From Phoronis australis (Eukaryota > Animalia > Phoronida), in the NCBI GenBank assembly GCA_002633005.1, contig NMRA01000689.1, positions 62,001 through 126,000 of the forward strand: DNA of 64,000 bases. The letters are read 5' to 3'. Positions 53,843 to 64,000 of this stretch are shown here, one piece after another; position 1 is the stretch's first letter, and each line of letters opens with the position of its first letter. Below the pieces are notes generated by a model. The model did no database searches, was not told where the DNA came from, and saw nothing but the letters and a program-made list of their open reading frames with translations. The position numbers and the translations under genes were made by a program.

Positions 53843-53977
53843 ATTGACTATCCCGAGTCGCAGTATATGAGGCCGGGTCAAAGGTCAAGTTGTTCAACGA
53901 TGAACCTTGAGAAGCTATTGGCGCTGGAGCAGGATGAAGTGCGAGTCTCACAAAACAGTAACGCACAGAATACAGAG
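53843..53977 (+). CDS. RAPGEF2/6: PDZ-GEF exon 5: IDYPESQYMRPGQRSSCSTMNLEKLLALEQDEVRVSQNSNAQNTE
   Basis: Acceptor tatttgttgcag|A, donor GAG|gtgaga, 135 nt, phase 0 to 0. Gives ...EMIV-IDYP as recalled for invertebrate PDZ-GEFs. CpG-richer than its flanks. Confidence 0.88.
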
Positions 53978-56900
53978 GTGAGAGAGAGGCTACAGCCCCA
54001 CTGTCAAGTTTAGGATTGAACTATCACAAATGCATGTGTTATTTTGTTTCACGAAAAGCGGCCTAAGGCTTATGTTTAAAAGTTTACTTTGTGCTCCACA
54101 CAATTATTTCAGAAAAATGATTAAATCTCATTTGGAAAGAGTGCAGTCTCTGAGAATATACGCAAAACTGCTGGTTGCTTTGGTAATTTCTATAAGTTAT
54201 TTCTAGACTGCGGTGCACTCATAATTGCTTGGCTGAAGCTATTTTCTTTTTCAGCAGTTTTGAAGTGGAAGCATACCACCAAATTTCTGTCTTAGTCTTC
54301 AGTCACTTTCATGAAACAAACCCCTGCTCGTTTAATGTGAGGCGTGTTATAACTTTGATTCCTTCTTTTAATATTCTGTAACATCGATTTTTTCGCGCCG
54401 AGTAGAATGATTTCAGACATACCTGCCAAAACAATTAGACCAGGGATCTGAATGAACGTCACGTTCTAATGATTTAACATCTGTAGTGTGTGAATTGTCT
54501 GCCTCTTTATTGTGTTTTTGACCGCTGTTTGGTAGTCCTCCTATGCGGGCACCTAGTTTTCATGACGTGGAATTGACGCATTCGACCTTTCCTGACTATA
54601 TCTTTCCATCGTCATTTGTTACATCTGGAAGTCGTGATGTTTTTATGAAAGCTTTGTTATTTTTATGTTTTTGACACCTTGCTGATTTCCCAGTAGAGTT
54701 TTTCATGCGAGACAAAAGGTGGTAACGTGTGACTGTACGCTCCACTAATTTTGTTAAGGCATTGCTTGTGTTCTCTAACTCACCTCAGCTCATTTGTGAT
54801 GCCTTGCTTTCTTGCGTTCTCTTTTTCTTGGTAACTGGCTTTTTTACGAAAACAAGAACTAGAAAAATTGTCGTTTTCATTTATTCTCGTTTAACAAATG
54901 GATGACTTAATGATATTTATGATAATAATATTAAATAAAAATACTTTTAAAATGACACCATCACTTATCTTATTTATATCTTTTAATTTGATCATTGTGA
55001 CGTATGACATAATTTGTGCATTTGGACATACCACAAAAGCCTTTCTTGAAATCAGGTTCTGATTTTATGTCTCAATGGTGTTGAAATAGAAACTTTTTTA
55101 AACAAGGTGAGCTTTCTCGTGGTAATAATCGCAAGAAAATCTATCCAATTTTGGCAATTGGCAGTGTCCTTCAGCTCTACTGCTAATTAGATTTATTATT
55201 TCTTTAAAATTTATTGAAGTGATATTGGCGGTGTTTTTCTAACCCCAACAGCAATCTGCAATTTCTAAGTTTGATTTGAAGGATGAAAGTAGTAGAAAAC
55301 AGGCAAAATACACAAAATGTACCGCAAATGAGCTTCACTGCAGTCACGTGGAAAACTGCAGTCATAAACTCAACTTTACTTTAGAACGTGAGTTATTTTC
55401 TTTGAAAGGCGCAAAAGTTAAACAACACTAAAGGTTGAAAAATAACATCTCCCTATAGTAAAGGAGATATATATGTTGAGAACCAAGCTCTTGTGGGCTC
55501 GAATGAAGATACACAATGTGCACGACTTTTGTGTTGACATAACTTCTCTATTGTCCATTAATTGAAATTGACCCAGTTCTTTATGACTTATTAAGTCATA
55601 ACTGCTTTCATATTTCAGTTAGTATTACTCACGAGTGATTGCGTTCTCTAAACACCTCTTTGTGATGGGTCCCTAACCTCTGTTGTTATTTAATTAAGGG
55701 AGACAATGGCCAGCATCTCATATCAGATTATGCTAATCATCTTTACAGTCATGATTCACTACCACCCAGTTTCTTTGTGTCAGTGGTCGGTGTTCAGTGC
55801 CTTTGATTGCTGAGTGCTCTCTGCGATATTTCTGGTCTACCCTAATTTATGTAAACCTTCCAGTGATGGATTTGAGGTTTATTGACGACTGCAAGCATTT
55901 TTCCGATTAACTAACTGCTTTACTAATTGAGCAGTAGTTAACGAGCTACTGCCGGTATTAATGATCAGATATGCATTGAATGCAAATCGCTTGATCTGGA
56001 CATTAATATTCATAAAGGATAATCAGACAGACTTATTGGATTCTGGCCATGGGTGTTATGCCGTAGTATGGTGTATGGGAGTTGTGGCTGGCCTGGAATA
56101 TATTTATGCATTTTATCAATGGTGATAGGATTTATTGATACCAAGGGACCAGAGTAAACTCAATACACACTCTATGTTTACTTTTACTTAGAGTGCTGGA
56201 GGTGCTTCCTGTTGATGCTTCAATGCCGTAGCTATACGCGAGTCGACATACTTGAACCAGTTTTTCAATGGACAGAAAAAGAAATTCCTTCGGAGAAAAC
56301 TTGCGCACGAAAATGGTCTGCAATGCTGAAGTTAACTCCTGAGAATACTTCGCAATGTTAGTTCTCAAATCTTAGCTTTGTGGAAGCTTGAAATTATTCT
56401 AATAAGTGGCGACATCTGGAGTTCCTAATTCTTGTGCTTAAACTCTCTGGACTTAACGACGACTGGTTTGAACGGATTTTCTCATGGTATATGCTTCTTC
56501 AGACAAGAACACAAGAATGTCGATTTCTCTCTTGTTTTGGTTTTGATATGGAACATTTTGTTATCCTGTTATACATATTTACCAGCACTTAAATCATCAG
56601 CTGTCGAGAAAAGTGTTTTGTTATCTTAACGGTCATGTTTTTTGTTCATCTTGGGCTAGCTCCAGATGTCTACTGATGGCATAAGTCGGCACAGATGCTC
56701 TGCTCTCGTTATATAAGTGATGAATCTCCTTGCTTTCTTTGTTTATCTTCGGTCTTCCTGTTGCTGAGTTGTGCCACTTTTTGGCTCTGCCATTTTTTAA
56801 CTCCTGACAAAGGTTAAAGCCATCTTTCTGCGAGGCAAGACTGTTCTCTTCTAAAGTTTGGTTCAGCGCGTCAAGATTGAGCTTGGAACTTATTGTGTGA

Positions 56901-58087
56901 GCAGCTATCTTGGACTTGTGGATTGAAATTTGTAACAGGATATATTGTTGGTCGTTGTGGTCCTCACTTTCTGCATTGTGTACGTCAGAGATTAATAGGA
57001 TACCACATCATTCCTGTGTAATACAGTCCATGATTTCAAAAACTTTGCCATGGTTCGGAGACGAGACTGTGTTCAATTGTCCGTGGGATTTTCTTATATT
57101 GTCAAAGATTAAGTTTTCAAGTGGTCCACTTGTGAAACCAGAAGTGTACTCCCCATTTTCCTCCAAACCTATAGTGGTGAATTACAGAGGAACCTTTTGT
57201 TGTTTTCCGTGACAAGACGTGGTTGCATTGAGTGCAGATGTGACAATAATTCCACTAGATCAGCATTAAGAGTTTTTCTTTTCTGGGTGGCTGTTTCCTG
57301 TAGGAGCCGAATGGCAAATCGTGCTGCTCTGTTGAGCATAGACGTGGCTGAAATCTGTCCAGAGTTATCCTGTTGGCACAGATGTGTTAGTAGTCCTGTA
57401 GAACAGAGAAACCGGTCCCCTGTGGCTTGCCTATTCTTTTTTAAGTCTCATTGAGATGACTCATAGCTGGACAAAGTGATTGGAAATTTGCACAAGCTAG
57501 TTCTAAGGATTATAATGTGTTTTCATTAATCCACAAGAGTATGGATTCCGGTCTGACACGAGGATTTTGCTTAGTGATAATCAAGAGTGATGATGTTAAG
57601 TAATAACTCTGCCTTCGTGTTGAGCGATCGACTAAAGGAACTGTTGGAGTAAGAGGGAAATCTAACATTCCAAGAGTGAGAAGATTTGTAAAGGGGAGAA
57701 ATTGTTGTGCTGTTCTTGCGATAAGGAACTTGGCATTTGTTTAAGGCATGCAGCATGCATTTCTGAGTCCGTAAACTCTTGCGGGAGAGACTGTTTGCAG
57801 GCTTCGGTGAAACCTTGATGGTGCTGCATTGAAGATCTAATGTCATTCAATTATCTCTAACTTCCAGTGTTACTCATTGAAATCTGAAGCCACTCTAGTC
57901 CTGTCCTTGGGAAGCTGATGACAGTCAGCCTGTCAGCTCTGACCCTTAGGCCATACAGATAGCAAAAAATATCTGAGCTGTCTTCCATTGTTTATCTTGT
58001 CTGAGAGATACTGAGCTGGTGCTGCGCCAAAAAGAGCAGTGTTCGCATGTTGGGTCTCATGTTGGGTTGTGGAGAAACTATTGGAAA

Positions 58088-58225
58088 ATGTGTCTGTATC
58101 TCCTACAGCTAGTCTGTGTCTGCACTGTCATGTGCGCTGAGCTGTGCCTCACGCTATCATACTGTCTCCTAGTCAAGGCGTGCCATTGCGGCTACGAAAT
58201 GTTCTTCTCTGAGCATCCAAAGCAG
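58088..58225 (+). CDS. RAPGEF2/6: Candidate alternative first coding exon D: MCLYLLQLVCVCTVMCAELCLTLSYCLLVKACHCGYEMFFSEHPKQ
   Basis: aaaATG start, 46 codons, locally GC-rich, donor CAG|gtacgc, phase 0 and in frame with exon 6. Confidence 0.5.
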
Positions 58226-60710
58226 GTACGCTGTTTTACGCTCTTAGATTGTGAACTTTTACAGTAGAGCAGAACTGAATGACTGCGCTTGCCAATTAAG
58301 TGTTAATAATTAACGAGATTGAGAGGTATTAGCTACTTGCCAACAAATTCGGCGTCTGTGTGATTGCAAAGTTCATTATTTGGAGAAGTGAATTTGGTGT
58401 TAGCTTCAAGGTAATGTTGTTTAATGGTCTGCCAAGCAAAGCAGTCATTTTTATTGTTATGCATTGACAATCGAACCTTTGCAACATATGGCTGTGATAT
58501 TGCACAAATTGCACTTTTAACCAAAATGTTGTGTTACGACAGTTTATATTTCTAATGAACCATCATTGGTGTGCTTTTTTTGTAAATGTTTTGCTTCCAA
58601 ATGAGAACAGTGACAAAGGTTAGCAACTTGTAACCACAAAACCGTCCCCTCTGTCTTAATTAGCAGTTATTAATTTTCTTTGTACTAGCCAACTTACACT
58701 CAAGTAATTGAAAGACTATTTTGAAGTGTTGTTGAGCTATTTATTACGTCTCAGGCCCAATATTTTCTGGAGTAAGTGATTCCGCGATGTACAGTATTTT
58801 TGAAATCTGAAGATACAGCTATGCTCACCATCTGTGGGATTTTGTGCCCACCAGGTGGATGCGCATGTAATGCCCACAAGGTGGGTGCAGATGCAGTCTG
58901 GTTTGAAGGACAAGCTAATTATTTGAGTACAAATTTCTTCAAATGTGCACAAAAATACTGCCAAAATGGCGTTTTTTCATTTTTCAAAACTGGCCACATT
59001 GTAAAAATATTTTAAAAATTCCAAAATTTTTGTTTTACTATAGCTGTTCAATGCAAATAAGCATTTATTGTTATTGGGAAATTTGACAAAATAAAATTCC
59101 ACTTGTCCGTCATCTTGCGAGCTAAGCGCAATTCAAATTAAATATTGTTTACCGCAATGATCATAAATAACCCCCAACTTGACCTTTTCACTCTGCGCGT
59201 AACCTTGTTGTACCCAGTACAAGACTACACCAGCCCTCTGCTCAGGTAAAACAATGTTCCACTGTTACTATAAATGACTGGGGTAACTATCAGGTTACAG
59301 GTCGATAACACCCTAATGACATTGTTTCTCATTTGACAACTCTTGTCAAGTTGCACTTTGTTGTGACAGCAAATATTGTCACGTTTGTGACTGCGAAGAT
59401 TAAGGACTTTTAAACCATGCATTGTTGAAGGCAAATATAAAAAGTCATCTTTACTTCTTGATGCTAACATGTTTTGGGGGCGTTATAAGCAAAAACTACG
59501 CCCCTGACTGTATTCTGGTGAAACATGACCTGGGAACAGCAGTTTGAATATAAAACTAAGAATTAGGCAGGCGCCTTTTAAGTTGCACTATAGGTGTTTG
59601 GCCCTGTGCACTGATCACTGTTGAACAACATGGGTGAACGTAGTTTGGTATAGTATCCACGTGATACCAGTTCCGTGTGTCCATCATCTACCTGGTACAT
59701 GTTTTGACATGTAATTTCATATATTAGCTGTTGGTCGGTTGTTAATCGGAACCATCAGGCAGGTTGTTATTTCCTTCCTTACCGCTGTTCATGTACCTAC
59801 CTATGTTTACCTGTAGGAACGGTTACCACCTATAACATTAAAAATGCTCCTTGTGTTTGGTATTGTGTATGCTACTACTCTCAGCATTACACAAATTATC
59901 AATTGTGTCTGTCTACTCTGCCTGGTTGACCTAACACAACAAAACAAGTAATTACTTCAGTTAGTTGGTGTACGGTATCCATGTTCTATGTGGATTTGTG
60001 TGAAATCTTGTGAATTGTTGGATTTTTTAGCAGAAATGTCTTGATCATGTTTTGAAGAGGCTGCAAATAGAGGAGATTATAAGAATTGTGTTCTGCCTCT
60101 TGACATAACTATGTCCACAGGATACTTTGAATTGTCAAAATGATGTTTTAACCATCAGAACCATGATTACTTAGATGTGCGGGGAGTTAATTGAGTGTGG
60201 GTTTGTTTATGAATGGTTTGCTGGAAACCAGGAATGTCTTGAGTGTATGACGTTTTTTCTGGTATTGACTTCATAGGTTGCACTTATCTGATAAGAGCTG
60301 CAAGCCACCACAAGGCTCAGTTTGGGCTGTAGGGATTCAACCACATCATAACTGTAGTGAACTGGTGGAGATTTGCAAGAATCCGTGACTCATGAAAGGC
60401 GGTCAAATGACTTGGCAGATCAGGGGCCTACATCATGAAAAGTGACTTAGGACTAAGAAATTAGGTCTTACGTCCTGCCCTCACTTTGCATTTGCTGAAA
60501 AATCTTTAGCCAAGTAGCTATGAGCCCATCTCATTGTAGAAATAGCTGATTTTTTTACTCTGTCTAAAATTGGAATGAATAAATTTCCTTCCTATAATTG
60601 AGTGTTAATCAATAGATGGTAGTGCACATTATTGGTAGGTATGATTAATGGCCACTTCTGATCGGTTTTGCAAATATATATTGGGAGAAACCAGGTACTT
60701 AGCTCTGGTG

Positions 60711-60724
60711 GTTACCATGGCAAC
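60711..60724. promoter_or_regulatory. Consensus RFX X-box
   Basis: GTTACCATGGCAAC matches the established X-box consensus GTNRCCATGGYAAC. Function is not shown. Confidence 0.45.
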
Positions 60725-62329
60725 CCTTCGGCAGTGTTGATTAAGAAGAGGTCATCATTTGTTAACAACTTGTCCTGGTGTATGACCTTCCATATTTTGT
60801 CATACCATTACATATTAGACCTTCTCATTACTCATAATTGGTGGTGATTGAATAAATCATTTCCTTTTACCTTAAAGCAAGTCATTCTTGTTATTGGCTG
60901 TACCAAAACAATCTGAGTGATTGAAAATTAATTACTATTATCGATCATTTGTAGGCGTGCACATCTAAAGCAATTTGTGGTTTGCTGTGTCTGGGGTAGA
61001 CTTCTTTAGCAAACCTTTCATGTTCAATAGCGTGAATATTCGTATAGCCTGGATTCTCACCTCCAATATGTTCTTTATTTCTCCTGGCATTTTCCAAAAA
61101 TGGGTCTATTTAGTTGTCTGTGTTTTATTCATTGATTAAATCACTCCAACTTGAGTTGCAAAGGTGGCACTTATTGGTGGTCTGTTTACCAGGTGAGAAA
61201 ACTTAGAAACTTAGAAGTAACGACTAAAAACTTCTTGTTTCTCGCATCGGCATCAGCTGACTTCATTAGTATGCTCTTAGTATCTTGATCTGATGTTATA
61301 GAAAGGCACTTTAGCTAGAAACATCCCATTGGTAAATAGCTACTTTCAGTAATACGACAGCGCTCCTCTGATTCTGTGGTATTTATACCCACAATGCTGT
61401 GCATCCATGGGGCACTTCCCCACAGCTTTACACTACTGTCGTGCTAATCATTATTTTACGTTTTAATATTTCTTTGCAATTTGTTGTTGTGATGTGAATG
61501 ACGTTGTGCTGTTTGCACATTAAGTTGCAAGGCAGGCATAAAAAATTAGTGAGGCACAATAAAATGTTCTTCACTTATCCGATTTGGCTCGGAATTACGT
61601 TAGCAGCCAAGCATTTCTAAAACTAGGTCATTCGCACGAGCATTTTTCTACCTCTTCAAAGGAAGAGCGATGATTTCAGGATGTGGAAATTGGTGTTGGT
61701 TGACCTCACCCAAATAGGATGATCGTTGCTGATTGGTCAGACAAAGAATAGTTATTATAACCAATAATCACATCACTGCTTGTATGATCAGTAAGCACAA
61801 AGGTTGATTAGAGAACTGGAGATTATCCATGATCATGACCAGAGGTGATAAATCTATAACACACACACACAGGTTGTCTGTTGTGCTGATGACAGAAACT
61901 GGAATAATGAGCATTGATTTTCACACTGTGTCAGATGTCTCACGAGTCTCTCACCTGGTTGAGCCTGCATGCCTGCATAGGTGTACATGTTCGTCACAGC
62001 AACACGCCTTACTCCGTGCGGAGGTGTAGACTGTTTCAGTGCCAAGTTCAGGATTTATAATTACGGAGCTATTTTGGACTCTCTTTAGTTTTTAGTTGAT
62101 CATGTTGTGTTTTGAAAAACAGAAGTGTTATTGACTGTTATATGGAGGTTTTCTCTGTTGTTATGCCAATGAGGTTGATGACTTTCGTGGAGGTGATTAT
62201 AAATACTGTTGATTGTTCACCGGAGAGATGAGTCACAGAGTGTAGTGAGCTGGGAGTGTAATGGAGTCCGTGCATATGATTATAACCAGATACTAAATTT
62301 TGTGGATATTTGGGCAGGCCTTACCCAAC

Positions 62330-62362
62330 ATGCCGCAGTATTTTGTTTTTACAGGTTTTCAG
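62330..62362 (+). CDS. Candidate alternative first coding exon E: MPQYFVFTGFQ (or a recursive splice site)
   Basis: caacATG start, 11 codons, strong donor CAG|gtatgt, phase 0 and in frame with exon 6. Confidence 0.4.
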
Positions 62363-62987
62363 GTATGTTTTCATGAACAGTAATTGTTTCCAATTTTAGT
62401 GATAAACCAGCAACTGGTTTACAAATTGGGGATGCATGTTTGTGTGTTTTTTTTTGTTTTTTTTTTGATAATTGGTCATATTTTTTCATTATGTGATTGT
62501 TCTGTTGTGATATGTTTCAAACGTTGTGCAGTCATGCATTTCCGGCTTTAGTTGTCTGACAGGCTCTCTTCATTGGTAGCTGGAACCTTGTTAAAGAATT
62601 ATTATTCTCCAGTTTGTTAATTACCGTGTAATGAGAATAAACAAAATGGTATGATGTCTGTTTATTTTACCAGGTCACCACGAAGTGTTTTGTTGATTTG
62701 CTGGGGTTTTGTTATGAACGAGTTTATGATAAGCGCAGTAATATCTCTTCTCCTCTGTGTTTAATATTTATGTCTAATATTTGCTGATATCCTGTGATGT
62801 GTCTGAACTCTTGTCAGTGTCTGAATTCATTGCTGTTGGGAACCATCTAATAGTCAGTATCTGCCCATGAGGTTGCTATCAGTCGGCCATTACTTTATCA
62901 GAGTTTGCACTAGGGAGGTTTTCCCCACAGTCTCTCAGTAGTGGTTAGTCTCTTGAAGGGTAGACATAGGATTGAGTAGTCTAACTA

Positions 62988-63011
62988 ATGAGACGATACA
63001 TCAGGCAGCAG
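62988..63011 (+). CDS. Candidate alternative first coding exon F: MRRYIRQQ
   Basis: ATG, 8 codons, strong donor CAG|gtaagg, phase 0 and in frame with exon 6, which lies 580 nt downstream. Confidence 0.5.
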
Positions 63012-63591
63012 GTAAGGTTGTGGATGGACAAACTTGTACAGTACGTCCAGGTTATAATGTCTAGTTTCCTGGTTATAGCCCTCTACTTTGCTTGGACAAT
63101 TTTACCCACTGGTGTACTTGTGCTGAAGTTAGATCATACTGTAAGCATTTCTCAATTGCTATCGCATTTTACCTGCAGCCGTGAAATGTTTGTGCTTTGA
63201 AGGAAACACTGTAGTCAGGTGAATTCTTTCAAATCTAGATTTTGTACCAAAAATGCTTCTTTGAACAAACTAAATGATTGTCTGATCGTAATGGTCATTT
63301 GGGTTTGTGTTCCACATTAGAATTTTTTGGTGGAAGATTTAATGAGTTCGAATTTGTTTCCTTATGGGTCAGCTGATTGAAACACGTGTCAGCACTCTTC
63401 AAGTAGTTTGCATCCTTCCAATCTGCCAATGTGTTTGTAAAAATTTGTCTAAATACTCCTGATCTTTGTGCAGCATCAGAATAGCAGTAACTTCCAAAGA
63501 TGCCTGAATGCTTTTATAGATATCCCTGTCTTGAAGCAGACGTAGTGTCGTTGGTCGCCTCGTTAAGAAACTCTTCCGTTTCTGTTTCCAG

Positions 63592-63801
63592 CTGCCACAA
63601 GAGCTGCAGAATGTACAGACAGTTCTACAACGATCTGACCAGACGCACAAGCGAAACTCACGTGCCAGCGACACGAGCTCTGCTTACTCAGGGTCGGACA
63701 TGATGCAGTCATCTGTCGATGAACAAGACATCGACTTGAGTGGCTTGGTAGAGAGTGTCGTAGACTCGGACGATGAAGAGGGCTACGTTGAGTCCAATGA
63801 C
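63592..63801 (+). CDS. RAPGEF2/6: PDZ-GEF exon 6: LPQELQNVQTVLQRSDQTHKRNSRASDTSSAYSGSDMMQSSVDEQDIDLSGLVESVVDSDDEEGYVESND
   Basis: Acceptor tttctgtttccag|C, donor GAC|gtaagt, 210 nt, phase 0 to 0. Contains the family motifs SDTSSAYSGSD and DLSGLxExxVDSDDEE. The gene continues beyond the window. Confidence 0.95.
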
Positions 63802-63911
63802 GTAAGTCGCTTTTGCGGAAATACGTAAACAATGTTGTAATGTCGTTATTCGTGGCCGGATAAATCATAAGCGATTGTTAGTGGAAATATTCTCACAATT
63901 TGGAAGGCATC

Positions 63912-63996
63912 AGCTATGGTTATTTTCTAACCGTCGCTGGATAAATTAAGTTCATCTCGGGAGGCGTCTAATCAGAAGCTATGGTTATTTTCTAAT
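63912..63996. repeat. Start of a tandem repeat with a period of about 65 bp
   Basis: agctatggttattttctaa occurs twice and runs off the window edge. Confidence 0.6.
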
Positions 63997-64000
63997 CGCT

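Noticed and set aside
61829-62023. Another phase-0 alternative first exon (MIMTRGDK...LLRAE)
   Set aside because: The donor GAG|gtgtag is poor, despite nearby CCAAT motifs.
1-64000. Most ORFs in the six-frame track
   Set aside because: They are short, often start at non-ATG codons and show no recognisable motifs, as expected by chance in eukaryotic intron DNA.

Overview
AT-rich, repeat-littered animal genomic DNA, probably an invertebrate; the species cannot be determined from sequence alone. The window holds the 5' part of one large + strand gene, a PDZ-GEF (RAPGEF2/RAPGEF6/Drosophila dizzy family). Six conserved coding exons (8425-8493, 12259-12386, 15228-15311, 48208-48283, 53843-53977, 63592-63801) splice in frame through GT-AG introns. 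They encode the N-terminal cyclic-nucleotide-binding-like domain and the following Ser/acidic linker; the gene continues past the window. The most striking unexplained structure is a set of candidate alternative first coding exons inside the introns. Three lie in the 33-kb intron 3, all ending in phase 2 as exon 4 requires, and three lie in intron 5, all ending in phase 0 as exon 6 requires. They would give very different N-termini: basic, PKA-site-rich and disordered, Cys-rich and hydrophobic, or very short. Other content: a decayed duplicate of exon 3, a small hairpin repeat family, an L2-like LINE relic, tRNA-derived SINE-like heads, several MITE-like families and minisatellites. A 717-bp-offset duplication across an N is probably two haplotypes, one carrying a TA-site insertion. 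There are no prokaryotic features or CRISPR arrays, and most ORFs in the supplied track look spurious.
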